64,000 nucleotides of DNA from Acidimicrobiia bacterium (GCA_965215185.1 OZ244034.1:2816001-2880000), one strand, 5' to 3'; counted from the first letter of the stretch, positions 28,214-38,135 are shown. Numbers and translations are program-made. Notes: generated by a model not told the origin, from the letters alone.

Positions 28214-29977
28214 CTACCAACCCAGCGCATAGGAGGGCCGACGGGGATCTGCTCCTGCGCTTAGTATCCCGGTATCTGGATCACGGCGGGTCACGATGGC
28301 CCCCTCCCCGCAAACATCTGACCTGGCTACCTTGTGGCCCAATTCCGACAGAGCGGCAACCGTGTCTTCGGGGAAACCAGGTTCCAATGACAGCCGCCCC
28401 GGAAAGTAGTTATGTGGGTAGAAAGAGTCGGGGACACTGTCGGTGGCGAAACGAGGCGCCTCAACGGCCTCCTGGGGGTTCATGCCGAAAACGAATGTGT
28501 TCAGCATGAGTTGAAGGTTGGCCTGCGTTTGATGATCGCCACCCGGGCAGCCAAAAGTCATCACCGGCACACCGTCCCTGACAGCTATGTAGCTGACCAG
28601 AGTGGTCCTGGGTCGCTTCCCCGGCTGGACTACGTTCGGGTGACCTTCCCGAAGGGTGGATGTCTCGATTCGCGTACTGAGTGCGCAACCGAGTTCCGGA
28701 AAGAAGACGGACTTTTCCAAGGCCCCACCACTGGGTGTGGCGCAGGCAAGGTTGCCGTCGGCGTCGATGACGGCCAGGTGGGTTGTTCCCCCTCTGTGGC
28801 GCGGCCATTTGCTCGACCCAGCCGGAGGAGGGTCTGGCGCCGTCACCGGTTGGCCGGGCTGGTCCGAATGTGCCCAGGCATCCCCTGCGGGGGGCATCTC
28901 AGGCATCGCCAGGGCCGGATCGATCATGGCGGCCCGAGACGCTCCGTAAGGCTTGGCCAACATGGCCTCGACGGGCACATCCGCGTAATCGGGGTCTCCG
29001 TAGAAAGCCTGGCGGTCGGAGAGTACGTATTTCAGAGCTTCTGTTACCGTGTGGATGTAATCCGGGGTGTTGTGACCCATTGCTTTCAGGTCGAAGTGTT
29101 CCAGCATGTTGAGCGCTTGCAAGAGAACAGCTGCTTGTGACCAGGTTCTCTGTCCGCAGATCTTATAACCGGCGAATGTTGTGGAAAGGGGTTCTTCGAA
29201 TTGCGATTGAAAGCTAGCAAGGTCACGGTAGGCCAGAATTCCACCCACGCTGCGTGAGGATTCCACGATCAGCTTGGCCACCCCACCTCCGTAGAACTCT
29301 TGCATACCGGCGCGCAGTTTCTTGGATCGGGTGCCCGTGCAGTCTGCTTCAGCCGTCACCAACGACCTCAAGGTTTTCGCCAAACCAGGTTGGACCAGCA
29401 GGGACCCTTCTTCAGGGAGTCGACCGTGGTTGTAGAGGATCTCAAGGCCGCCGGGGGGAAACAGTTCGAACTGACGGTAAATGGACTGAGATCGCAACTG
29501 GTTGATCATGTACCGGTAGCGAGGGATCCCCCGTTGCGCATATTCGATGGCCGGTGCCATAACCTCGCCCAGACTCTTGGTACCGTACCGGTCGAGCATC
29601 GCGATGGTGGCATGGACGGCGCCCGGCACGGTGAAAGACAATGGCGCTTGACTCCCCGGACCGGTGGGAATGGACTCCAGCCCTCTGCAGCGGTAGAAGT
29701 CAATAGTGGCTTTTCGGGGAGCTACTCCCTGACCGCTCAGGGACTTCAGATCCTGCGACCGGGAGTCATAGAGCATGAAAACGCTTTCTGTGGCCAGCGA
29801 GAATGCGGCGGTGGGTTCTACAACGGCCGCGGCAAACACTCCGGCCGCCAAGGCGTCAAAGGCGTTGCCTCCCGACAGCATCATACGCATCCCTGCCATA
29901 GAGGTCAGATAGTGACCGCTCGAGATAACGCCGCGGGTTCCTGTTATGACCGGACGTCCGGTCGGTGGTCGTTCCAT
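28214..29977 (-). CDS. Gamma-glutamyltransferase family protein
   Basis: 'GGNAFDA', 'VPG', nucleophile region 'GTTHLAVIDADGN', 'PGKRPRTT', 'GADPRR'; start placed at MERPP. Confidence 0.9.
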   Translation of the reverse strand: MERPPTGRPVITGTRGVISSGHYLTSMAGMRMMLSGGNAFDALAAGVFAAAVVEPTAAFSLATESVFMLYDSRSQDLKSLSGQGVAPRKATIDFYRCRGLESIPTGPGSQAPLSFTVPGAVHATIAMLDRYGTKSLGEVMAPAIEYAQRGIPRYRYMINQLRSQSIYRQFELFPPGGLEILYNHGRLPEEGSLLVQPGLAKTLRSLVTAEADCTGTRSKKLRAGMQEFYGGGVAKLIVESSRSVGGILAYRDLASFQSQFEEPLSTTFAGYKICGQRTWSQAAVLLQALNMLEHFDLKAMGHNTPDYIHTVTEALKYVLSDRQAFYGDPDYADVPVEAMLAKPYGASRAAMIDPALAMPEMPPAGDAWAHSDQPGQPVTAPDPPPAGSSKWPRHRGGTTHLAVIDADGNLACATPSGGALEKSVFFPELGCALSTRIETSTLREGHPNVVQPGKRPRTTLVSYIAVRDGVPVMTFGCPGGDHQTQANLQLMLNTFVFGMNPQEAVEAPRFATDSVPDSFYPHNYFPGRLSLEPGFPEDTVAALSELGHKVARSDVCGEGAIVTRRDPDTGILSAGADPRRPSYALGW

Positions 29978-30074
29978 GGTTTCAGTGGGTGGGGTTTGCT
30001 CAGAATACCCCCGGGAGAGAAGTGACCGGCCCAAGAGCCCGGTTCGGTTGGGCGGGCTACCATAATCCTCGCCC

Positions 30075-30629
30075 ATGCATGAGAAACTCCGCAACTTCAT
30101 CGAAGCTGTCAACACCTTTGATGCTGTCTGCCAAAAGGTGCCACCTGAGGCGTGGGACAATGATTCTCCTTGTGAGGGTTGGACAGCCCGCGATGTCCTG
30201 GCGCACCAGTGCGCGGTGTTGGACGCCCTGGCGCAAATCGCCCGCACCGGTGAGTGGGCCAGGCCTGGGAAATCTGAGCCGCCCGGTGATCCGCTGGCTC
30301 GGTGGGAGCAGACCAAAGAGGGGGTGCTGACCGCCCTCCGCCAACCCGGCGTACTGGACCGGGAGGACAAGTATTGGTTCGGAAGGATGGACATGGCGAC
30401 CTTTGTCTCCTACGTCCAATGGGATCCGTTGACCCATGCTTGGGACATCGGGACTGCGACCGGTGTCGAGCCGAATCTTTCCCCCGAGTTGTGCGAGATC
30501 AGCTATGAGTTGGTTAGCGGAATGGCCGAGATGGCCCGCAAGACTGGTCGGATCGGTCCTCCTGTCGAAATTCCCGACGATGCATCGATCGTGGATCGTT
30601 ATCTGGGGCTGGTGGGTAGGCAACCTTGA
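30075..30629 (+). CDS. TIGR03086-like DinB/maleylpyruvate isomerase family metal-binding protein
   Basis: 'SPCEGWTARDVLAH', 'THAWDI', C-terminal 'LVGRQP'. Confidence 0.85.
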   Translation: MHEKLRNFIEAVNTFDAVCQKVPPEAWDNDSPCEGWTARDVLAHQCAVLDALAQIARTGEWARPGKSEPPGDPLARWEQTKEGVLTALRQPGVLDREDKYWFGRMDMATFVSYVQWDPLTHAWDIGTATGVEPNLSPELCEISYELVSGMAEMARKTGRIGPPVEIPDDASIVDRYLGLVGRQP

Positions 30630-30630
30630 G

Positions 30631-31512
30631 CTAGGCGACCAGGATTTGGGCTAGCAATCCACCCACCATCGCCACCGCAAACACATAAACGCCGAAAGTG
30701 GCCAGCACTCCCTTGCCGGCCAGTTTGCCCAGCATCACGAACTCGGGAATGTTGAAGCCGGCACCGGCGATGGTGAGGGCGACAATGGCTCCGATCCCGA
30801 TTCCCGCCGACCGTAGGGCGTTGGCGATGGGGACGAACAGTTCGGTGTTGATATAGAACAGGGTTCCGACCGCGGCTGAAGCGGGTATGGCTGCGTCGCC
30901 GGCCAGTATGGGGATCCGGGCGGCGGTTTCGGGAGGTAGAAGGGCAGTGATCGCCAGCCCTATTCCCACCCCCACCACCAGCAAAGGCAGCATGGTGCGA
31001 AGCAGAGCCCGAGATGCCCTCCAGGCGGGGCGCCACTCGCGGCGGTAGCCTGTCCAAAGCGTCGGGTTGGTCTGTTCGGCCTGTCCTGTCAGATCCGGCA
31101 GGGGTTTCATGAAGCGTTCCAAGTTCACCTTTTCGGCCAGCAGCGCCAAGCCGAGAGCCGCCGCGAAAGCCACCCCCACGTATATGAAGGCCGCCTGCGG
31201 GCCCACGATGATCAAAAGCGCACCGAACAGAATAGGGTCCAACACCGGGGCGGCTACCACGAACGCCACATACCCGGCGGCCGTGACTCCGGCTTGACGG
31301 AAAGCGATCAGCACCGGAATCGCCGAGTAGGTGCAAAAGGGGGTGATAAAACCCACCGCAATCCCCCGTAACGCGGCTACCAGGGGTGTGGCCCCCATTA
31401 GCCCCCGAAGACGAGCGTTTCCTATCCGTCGCTGCAGCAGATTCAAGCCGAATGAGACACCAAGGAACAGCGCCAGCAACTCCACCAGCAGCCAGACGGC
31501 TTCGCCGATCAT
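30631..31512 (-). CDS. DUF318/ArsP-like permease
   Basis: 'ITPFCTYSAIP', 'AAPVLDP', about 8 TM helices. Confidence 0.75.
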   Translation of the reverse strand: MIGEAVWLLVELLALFLGVSFGLNLLQRRIGNARLRGLMGATPLVAALRGIAVGFITPFCTYSAIPVLIAFRQAGVTAAGYVAFVVAAPVLDPILFGALLIIVGPQAAFIYVGVAFAAALGLALLAEKVNLERFMKPLPDLTGQAEQTNPTLWTGYRREWRPAWRASRALLRTMLPLLVVGVGIGLAITALLPPETAARIPILAGDAAIPASAAVGTLFYINTELFVPIANALRSAGIGIGAIVALTIAGAGFNIPEFVMLGKLAGKGVLATFGVYVFAVAMVGGLLAQILVA

Positions 31513-31547
31513 TTGGGGGCGTCCCGTGCCATGTGTGGCTGACTTTC

Positions 31548-32243
31548 TTAAACCGGAAGGGTGGGAGCAGCGGGGTAGGAGACAGGTTCAATGAGAGCCG
31601 GGTCATTGTGGGCCACCTTATTGACCCGGCGAGAGACCGGATGAGTGGCCCAGGTTGCTGTTTGGGGGTGAGCGAGAAGACTCTGGGCGGTGATCGCATC
31701 GTCCAGGTCGGAGTCCAGCCAAGGTTCCCAACGGTCGGGCGATAGAGTGACCGGCATCCGATTGTGAACAGCGGAAATCGGGCCTTCCGATTCTGCGGTG
31801 ATGATGGAGCAGGACACCAGCCATTCTCCACTCGCCGGATGCCGTCGCACTCCCCACAAACCGGCAAATACGAGCGGATGGCCGTCAGCACGATAGAACC
31901 AGTAGGGAACATGACCTGCGGCGCGAGCCGTCCACTCATAGAATCCGTCGGCCGGGATCAGGCACCGACGGCGAGCCAACCCGACGCGAAAGAGGGGTTT
32001 TTGGGCCAGTGTCTCGGATCGGGCGTTGATGTGAAACGTCTTGAGGTCCGAAGCCCAGTGGGGTATCAGACCCCAGCGCATGGTCTCCAGGCGGGTCTGC
32101 CCTTTGTGGTGGCGGGCGGCGTAGATGGGATCGGTGGGCGCCACGTTCCAGCTGGGGGAAAGGGGTTCGCTTACTATCTCGTCTACTTCCAGGTACTCCC
32201 CGTATTGATAGGGGTCTCGCGCCTGGCCGAACCTGCCGCACAT
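31548..32243 (-). CDS. SOS response-associated peptidase (SRAP/YedK/HMCES family)
   Basis: N-terminal 'MCGRF', 'WNVAPT', 'WGLIP', 'INARSET', 'ADGFYEW', 'HNRMP'. Confidence 0.93.
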   Translation of the reverse strand: MCGRFGQARDPYQYGEYLEVDEIVSEPLSPSWNVAPTDPIYAARHHKGQTRLETMRWGLIPHWASDLKTFHINARSETLAQKPLFRVGLARRRCLIPADGFYEWTARAAGHVPYWFYRADGHPLVFAGLWGVRRHPASGEWLVSCSIITAESEGPISAVHNRMPVTLSPDRWEPWLDSDLDDAITAQSLLAHPQTATWATHPVSRRVNKVAHNDPALIEPVSYPAAPTLPV

Positions 32244-32285
32244 CCAAAGTAGTGTAAGAACGCACCGCACAAAGGAGCCCTCACT

Positions 32286-32693
32286 ATGCCTAACTTGGAA
32301 GAGTTCTGTACCATCACCGCCGCCCTCAAACCCCGGATGTTGGGCAAGACTCCGGCCGGTGTCCGTATTGACTTTGCTTTCGAGGGCAGCGCCGTGAGTC
32401 CCCACTGGGAGGGATCCCGGCCAGTGTCGGGGACCGATTACGCCACCGTCCGTTCCGACGGAAATCTCGACCTCGATATCAGAAGCGTGATCGGTTCAGG
32501 ACGCAAAACCGTCTCCTATCGGGGAACCGGCGTCAGCATCATGAAGTCAAAGACCGAAGCCATGCCGCGGGAACTCCTGACCTTCCAAACCTCCGACGAA
32601 GAGCTGTCCTGGCTCAATACATCCATAGGAGTCGCGGTCGGCCAAGGTCAAGGATTAGACCTGACGCTCACCGTGTATGTCGTAAAGGACTGA
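32286..32693 (+). CDS. DUF3237-like protein
   Basis: 'LGKTPAGVRI', 'GTDYATVRSDG..LDIR', 'FQTSDEELSWLN'; AGGAG SD. Confidence 0.7.
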   Translation: MPNLEEFCTITAALKPRMLGKTPAGVRIDFAFEGSAVSPHWEGSRPVSGTDYATVRSDGNLDLDIRSVIGSGRKTVSYRGTGVSIMKSKTEAMPRELLTFQTSDEELSWLNTSIGVAVGQGQGLDLTLTVYVVKD

Positions 32694-32793
32694 GCAAACC
32701 CGGCGCCAAGTCTCTCTTACGGGATCTCGCCAATTTAAAAGACCGTGTGGCGAAATTCGGTGTGGCGAAACCCCCCTACCGGAGGCAGGTGGC

Positions 32794-33567
32794 CTACGCC
32801 GAGCGGAAGTCGGCTTTCCGCTTCTCCTTGAACGCTGTGACGCCCTCATGAAAGAGCGCCGATTTGCCCAAATGACCCTGGCTGGCCGCCTCGGCATCCA
32901 ATCCCTTGGCAAAAGCCAGAGCCGAAGTCCGATAGAGCAGCCGTCGGTTGGCGGCGTAGGCAGAGGTGGGGCCGTCGCAGAGTCTCTTTGCCCAGTCCAT
33001 GGCCTCTGCCACAGCTTCTCCCTCGGCTGACACCCGATGACAGAGCCCAATTTCCGAAGACTCCTGGGCGCTCACCTTCCTTCCGGACATAGTGATCTCA
33101 ATGGCTCGGCCCAGCCCCACCATCTGAGGAAGGAACCAGGCGGTACCCGAGTCGGGAGTGAGCCCCAGATGAATGAAGGCGCTCATGAAATACGACCCGG
33201 GGTCCATGATCCGCAGATCGCAACTGAGGGCAATTCCCATTCCCGCTCCGGCAGCCGGCCCATTGATCGCCGCCAGGGTGGGAACCTGCGACTCCTGAAG
33301 GGCGTTGATCAGAGGATGAAAATCGCGGTGCAGGATAGTTTCCAGGTCTCCCACCTTCTCCAACTCCTTGGTCAACTCCATCAGGTCCGCCCCGGCGCAA
33401 AAGGCTCGCCCTTCGCCGGTAATCACTGTTGCCCGGGCCTCGCCAGCAGCTTGTTGAATGGCCTCGGTGAGTTCTCGGGCCATCGGCAGGGTGATGGCGT
33501 TATAGCGGGCGGGGCGCCGAAGAGTCACCACGGCTACTTCCCCTACCAACTCATATCCGCATTGCAT
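32794..33567 (-). CDS. Enoyl-CoA hydratase/isomerase (PaaG-like)
   Basis: 'AFCAGADL', 'NGPAAGAG', 'GLTPDSG', 'EGVTAFKEKR'. Confidence 0.9.
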   Translation of the reverse strand: MQCGYELVGEVAVVTLRRPARYNAITLPMARELTEAIQQAAGEARATVITGEGRAFCAGADLMELTKELEKVGDLETILHRDFHPLINALQESQVPTLAAINGPAAGAGMGIALSCDLRIMDPGSYFMSAFIHLGLTPDSGTAWFLPQMVGLGRAIEITMSGRKVSAQESSEIGLCHRVSAEGEAVAEAMDWAKRLCDGPTSAYAANRRLLYRTSALAFAKGLDAEAASQGHLGKSALFHEGVTAFKEKRKADFRSA

Positions 33568-33691
33568 AGCCGGAACCTTTCATTTCGATCTGGCCTTCAC
33601 GGTAACAAAGTACCGCTTGATATCCTATCGATGGGGTAGCCTCAACTTATCCTGCTGTCCCCAACTAACCCTTATACGCTCATCTCCTAGA

Positions 33692-34930
33692 ATGCCAGCC
33701 AGATGCTCTTTTTGTAGTCGGCTCCCCGGCGCCGGTTCCTATGTGGTGGCCGGGCCCAAGGGAGTCGGTATTTGCGACGAGTGTGCTGTCACTGCCCACA
33801 CGGTTGCGCAGGAGGCGCTTCGTCCCGAGGGGACCGACCGGCTGGTTACCGGAATCGGCCGTTTGATGACCAATGACCCTTCCTGGGGGAGCAAGTTGGG
33901 CGTCATTGACGAAGCGGCGGTGGCGATTCGCAAGGGCAGGGTGGCCTGGGTGGGAAAGGAGAGCGAGATCCCGAGGCAACTCGAAGTCCTGCCCCGATTG
34001 GACTGTGAAGGCCGGGTGGCAGTTCCAGGGTTTGTGGATGCCTTCTGCCAAGTGACCGGTTCACCGGAACAGCCGGAAACGTCCAACGGAACTCCGGTTA
34101 TCGAAACGGCGGCTGAATGGGCTGGCCGGCTTCTGGCCGGTGGGGTGACTTGCCTTTTGGTGTCGGTAACGACCCGGGGAGATCCCCAGGAGGATCAACA
34201 CCGCCTCTCTGCTGCGGCCATGCTGAGAGAGCAGCTTCCTCTCAAGGTCGTGACCAATTGGATGGTGGGACCAGGTGCTGGAATCTCCCCCAATGATTCG
34301 GATGGACGCAACATTCTACGTGAGCTCGCCCAATACACATCCTGTTTGTCGGTGATGGTGGGTGCGGGAGGGTTTTCTACTGTCAATGTGCAGAAGCTAT
34401 GTGGTCCTATGGGGAGCATTCGCAAACGGATACGACTGCATGGCAGTCCAGACATCCCCGCCGCACTGGTTCGGTCCCTTCGGCCCTTGGCAGTGCAGGA
34501 CATGAATGAATTGGACGAGTGGACGGTGCAGGCGCTACGCACCAACGGCGGGGCGGTGGTGGTGCTGCCCATGGCCAGCATCCGAGCTTGGTTACCAATC
34601 AGAAGCCTGATGGAGTTGGGCATAGCGGTGGCCCTGGGTACCGACTGCCTGCCCGGCGAACGTTCTGTTACCTCTATGCCATTTTTGGTGTGGGTTGCTT
34701 CGGAAACGGGTGGGGTGCCGATTGAGACTGCATTGTGGTGTGCGACCCTGGGTGGTGCACGTGCTCTGGGCGACAAGGGAAGAGGATGGCTCGGCCGGGG
34801 CGCGGTCGGAGATCTGGCGGTCCTGGACGTCGGCAATTTCCACGAGTTAGCCAATCACCCCGACCTGCCGATGGTGTGGGAGTTGATCCGGGAGGGCGAT
34901 CTGACTGCGGTTGGCCAGGCTGCCCGATAG
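33692..34930 (+). CDS. ClpX-type C4 zinc finger fused to a degenerate HutI-like amidohydrolase
   Basis: N-terminal 'CSFC..VVAGP..ICDEC'; then 'GIGRLMTND', 'PGFVD', 'ALGTDCLPG', 'ATLGGARAL'; the HxH motif is replaced by F-C-Q. Confidence 0.8.
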   Translation: MPARCSFCSRLPGAGSYVVAGPKGVGICDECAVTAHTVAQEALRPEGTDRLVTGIGRLMTNDPSWGSKLGVIDEAAVAIRKGRVAWVGKESEIPRQLEVLPRLDCEGRVAVPGFVDAFCQVTGSPEQPETSNGTPVIETAAEWAGRLLAGGVTCLLVSVTTRGDPQEDQHRLSAAAMLREQLPLKVVTNWMVGPGAGISPNDSDGRNILRELAQYTSCLSVMVGAGGFSTVNVQKLCGPMGSIRKRIRLHGSPDIPAALVRSLRPLAVQDMNELDEWTVQALRTNGGAVVVLPMASIRAWLPIRSLMELGIAVALGTDCLPGERSVTSMPFLVWVASETGGVPIETALWCATLGGARALGDKGRGWLGRGAVGDLAVLDVGNFHELANHPDLPMVWELIREGDLTAVGQAAR

Positions 34931-34931
34931 G

Positions 34932-35720
34932 ATGAATCCAAGGTTCGATTCCCTTCCGCTGGCGATCTCTCATCGGGGAGGGGCGGCGCTGTGGCCCGAG
35001 AACACCATGGAGGCATTCTCCAAGTCGGTGGAGATGGGCTATCAGTGGATCGAGACCGACCTTCACGTGACTTCCGATGGAAGGGTGGTGTGTGTACACG
35101 ATCCCACCTTGGAACGAACCACCAACGGTCAAGGAGAGGTGACGAAGCTGCCTTGGAGAGAAGTAAAAGAATTGGATGCCGGCTACCACCACCTCCCTGA
35201 TCAAGGCTTTCCCTTCCGCGCAAAGGGAGTGCGGATCCCCTGTCTGGAGGAGGTGGCCCAGTCCTTTCCGGATCTGTCCATGGTGTTGGAACTCAAAGCC
35301 GATCACACCGAGGAGCCTCTGCTCAAAGTGATTCGCCGCATGGGGCTGGGCGATCGGGTGATAGTCGGGTCCTTTTCCGACGCTCGACTGGCCAAGCTGA
35401 GGGAGCTTTCGGGCGGAAGCCTGGCCACTTCCGCCGGCGAGATGGAGGTGACTCGATTGGTCAAGGCAGCCTGGCTGGGCCGATCCGCGCGCAGTGATCA
35501 CTCCGCCCTATTAATCCCGCCTCGCTCCGGTCTTGTCCCCCTCGTAACCCGACGAACGGTGCGGGCCTACCATCGGATGGGCTTGGAGGTGCAGGTATGG
35601 ACCGTGGACCGCCCGGCCCGGATGCGCAGGCTGTTGGATGCGGGAGTTGACGGGATCATGACTGACCGGCCCGATCTTCTCCGAGAGGTGTTCAGCGCCA
35701 GGGGAATTTGGGAAAGATGA
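34932..35720 (+). CDS. Glycerophosphodiester phosphodiesterase
   Basis: 'SHRGG..PENTMEAF', 'ETDL', 'HD.TL.RTT', 'WTVD', 'GIMTDRPD'. Confidence 0.93.
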   Translation: MNPRFDSLPLAISHRGGAALWPENTMEAFSKSVEMGYQWIETDLHVTSDGRVVCVHDPTLERTTNGQGEVTKLPWREVKELDAGYHHLPDQGFPFRAKGVRIPCLEEVAQSFPDLSMVLELKADHTEEPLLKVIRRMGLGDRVIVGSFSDARLAKLRELSGGSLATSAGEMEVTRLVKAAWLGRSARSDHSALLIPPRSGLVPLVTRRTVRAYHRMGLEVQVWTVDRPARMRRLLDAGVDGIMTDRPDLLREVFSARGIWER

Positions 35721-36544
35721 CATCCTCTTACTACGACTCGGATCAGCCTCGCAAGCTACTCATTTCGGAGGTGGCGAATCTGCGACGTTACCGGGGGCTG
35801 TTGCGACTCCTAGTCCGAAGGGATCTCACCGTGCGCTACAAACGTTCCATGCTGGGAGTGTGGTGGACGCTGTTGAATCCGCTCCTGACCGTGGGGGTGA
35901 TGTGGGCGGTGTTCAGCACCATTTTCCGCTTTGAGATCCCCGGGAATGTTCCTTATGTGGTGTACGTGTTGTCGGGGGTGATGCTGATCACCTTTTTCTC
36001 CCAGGGAGTAGTGGCCTCAGGGTCATCGATTGTCGACTCGGCCGGGGTCCTGTCCAAGGTGTACGTTCCTGCCGAGGTTTTCGCCGTTGCTCCGGCGCTG
36101 GCGGCACTGGTGAATTTCGGCATCAACATCGCATTACTGTTGGTGGTGCAAATGTTCGCCGGGGTGGGGATTCCTCTCACCGCCCTCCTGGCGCCGATTC
36201 CCCTGCTGTTCCTGGCGATGTTTGTGGCGGGGTTGGGGATGATAGTGGCGTCTCTGGCAGTGGCCTACCGGGATGTGCTCGACATAGTGGGGGTGCTGCT
36301 CACCCTCACCATGTACGGCACTCCCGGCTTCTACCCGGTCACCATCGTCCCTGACAGGTTTCTTTTCCTGATCCACATCAACCCTCTCTACTCCTATCTG
36401 GAGGTGTTTCGGGGCCTGGTCTATGGGGGGACCTTCGCCCCGGGGTGGATGTGGACGGTGATGGTGCTCACCGCCTGCGCGGCGCTGCTGGGAGGCGCAT
36501 GGAGATTCTCCCGTTCTTGGCGACGACTGGCGGTGCTGATGTGA
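35717..36544 (+). CDS. Polysaccharide/teichoic acid ABC exporter permease (Wzm/TagG-like)
   Basis: 'RDLTVRYKRSMLGVWWTLLNPL', 'YRD', 'PGFYP', 'NPL'. Confidence 0.88.
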   Translation: MTSSYYDSDQPRKLLISEVANLRRYRGLLRLLVRRDLTVRYKRSMLGVWWTLLNPLLTVGVMWAVFSTIFRFEIPGNVPYVVYVLSGVMLITFFSQGVVASGSSIVDSAGVLSKVYVPAEVFAVAPALAALVNFGINIALLLVVQMFAGVGIPLTALLAPIPLLFLAMFVAGLGMIVASLAVAYRDVLDIVGVLLTLTMYGTPGFYPVTIVPDRFLFLIHINPLYSYLEVFRGLVYGGTFAPGWMWTVMVLTACAALLGGAWRFSRSWRRLAVLM

Positions 36545-37278
36545 ACTCTCCGGCAGTTGAGTGTCGAGACGTCTCCTTGGTCTATCCCCTGGTCAGGGAT
36601 CGTCCCGGTACTTTCAAGGAACAGGTGATCCGCTCCCTGCGGCGAAGGATCGAAGTCGAGGAGCTAAAGGCCATCCAGGATTTGTCGCTGCGGGTTAACT
36701 ACGGGGAAGTGGTAGGGGTGATCGGCGACAACGGAGCGGGGAAATCGACTCTGATGAAGATAATCGCCCGCGTGCTGCCCCCCACCGGGGGGAGAGTGAT
36801 CGTCAGGGGTTTGGTAGCGCCGCTCATCGAGTTGGGGGCGGGTTTCAACATAGAGTTGACCGCATTCGAAAACGTGGTCCTGTACGGGGCGATCCTGGGC
36901 CGCTCCCCAGGGGAGATGGCCGACCGGGCAACCGACATCATTGACTGGGCCGGGCTCTCGGAGTTCGCCGATGTGGCGGTGCGGGCCTTTTCTTCGGGAA
37001 TGTTGGCCCGACTGGGATTCTCCATAGCCACCGACGTCAATCCCGATGTGCTGCTGGTCGACGAGATTCTCAGTGTGGGGGATCAGAGCTTTCGGGAAAG
37101 GTCCCGGGAGCGGGTCAAGAATGTCATGGAGCGGGGAGCGGCCACCGTGTTGGTTTCCCACGACATGAAGATGATCCAAGACCTGGCTTCCCGGGTGATA
37201 TGGCTGGACAGGGGAAGAATCCGAAAAGAAGGCTCCCCGGCGGATGTGATCTCCGCTTACACCGGGGGCGATTCCTAG
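36541..37278 (+). CDS. Polysaccharide/teichoic acid ABC exporter ATPase (Wzt/TagH-like)
   Basis: 'GDNGAGKST', 'FSSGMLARLGF', 'VDEILSVGD', 'VSH'. Confidence 0.9.
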   Translation: MNSPAVECRDVSLVYPLVRDRPGTFKEQVIRSLRRRIEVEELKAIQDLSLRVNYGEVVGVIGDNGAGKSTLMKIIARVLPPTGGRVIVRGLVAPLIELGAGFNIELTAFENVVLYGAILGRSPGEMADRATDIIDWAGLSEFADVAVRAFSSGMLARLGFSIATDVNPDVLLVDEILSVGDQSFRERSRERVKNVMERGAATVLVSHDMKMIQDLASRVIWLDRGRIRKEGSPADVISAYTGGDS

Positions 37279-38135
37279 AGCAGGTGTGCGAACCCGGCCC
37301 GGTCCTCTGGGGTGATCGGCAACAGCGGAGCACGGCACCGTCCCACTTGCAGTCCCACCATCTCTGATGCTGCTTTGACGCCTGGAATGCCGTAGCGGGC
37401 GACCGCGTCGTTGGCGACGGTTAAACGGTTTTGGCTCTTCATATCTCCCGGAGGGTGCTCCAGTGCGGCAGCCACCACTTCCAGACTCAGCTGAGGCACG
37501 TAATTGGCGGCCGCCAGAATAACGCCGTACGTTCCCGCTGCCACGGTCAACGTCACCGACTGGGCTGATCCGTTATACAGGGCGAAATTGTCGGGAAGAC
37601 CGGTCAGGATCCTCTGGATACGGATGGCATCTCCGCTGGAGTCCTTCATACCCAGCACATTGGGGTGTTGCGCCAGTTTCCAGACCGCCTCCAGCGGCAG
37701 GGAGTAGGCGGTCACCCCCGGCACCGAATAGAGAAACACGGGGAGGGGGGACTCGTCCGCCACCTCTTGGTAAAAGGCGCTCACGAAGTTGGTGCGATTG
37801 CGGGAGAGGGTGGTGGGGGTTAATACCAGCGCCGCGTCGGCGCCGCCCTCGGCGGCCTCGGCGATCTGGCCTTTGGCGGCCCGGTTGGTCTCGGCGTTTA
37901 TCCCGCACAGAAGATAGGCCTCGTCTCCGAGGCTCTCTCGGGAGGCGGAGGCGAGTCGTCGTCTTTCTCCGTTCTCCAAAAGGGGACCCTCACCGGTGGA
38001 CCCACCCAGCACAAAACCCTCGTATCCCAGTTCACCAAGGAACGAAAGATTGTGACGGTGAGCATCCAGATCGAGTTCCTGCTGGTCATCGAAGGGAGTA
38101 ATGATGGCAGGCATAGCCCTTGGCAGTGTTTTCAT
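37275..38135 (-). CDS. Dihydrodipicolinate synthase family aldolase
   Basis: 'ITPF', 'GSTGE', 'LYSVP', Schiff-base lysine 'GMKDSSG'. Confidence 0.88.
   Translation of the reverse strand: MKTLPRAMPAIITPFDDQQELDLDAHRHNLSFLGELGYEGFVLGGSTGEGPLLENGERRRLASASRESLGDEAYLLCGINAETNRAAKGQIAEAAEGGADAALVLTPTTLSRNRTNFVSAFYQEVADESPLPVFLYSVPGVTAYSLPLEAVWKLAQHPNVLGMKDSSGDAIRIQRILTGLPDNFALYNGSAQSVTLTVAAGTYGVILAAANYVPQLSLEVVAAALEHPPGDMKSQNRLTVANDAVARYGIPGVKAASEMVGLQVGRCRAPLLPITPEDRAGFAHLL

Noticed and set aside
29978-30394. N-terminal extensions in the ORF track (GGT; also leuA, SRAP, sdhC, fabG, lipB/A)
   Set aside because: They overlap neighbouring genes or regulatory regions; downstream starts fit family N-termini and SD/-10 signals better
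32244-32285. LexA box upstream of the SRAP gene
   Set aside because: No GAAC-N4-GTTC match is present
32745-32770. Direct repeat GTGTGGCGAAA x2 between convergent genes
   Set aside because: Only two short copies with no spacer structure, and not upstream of any gene
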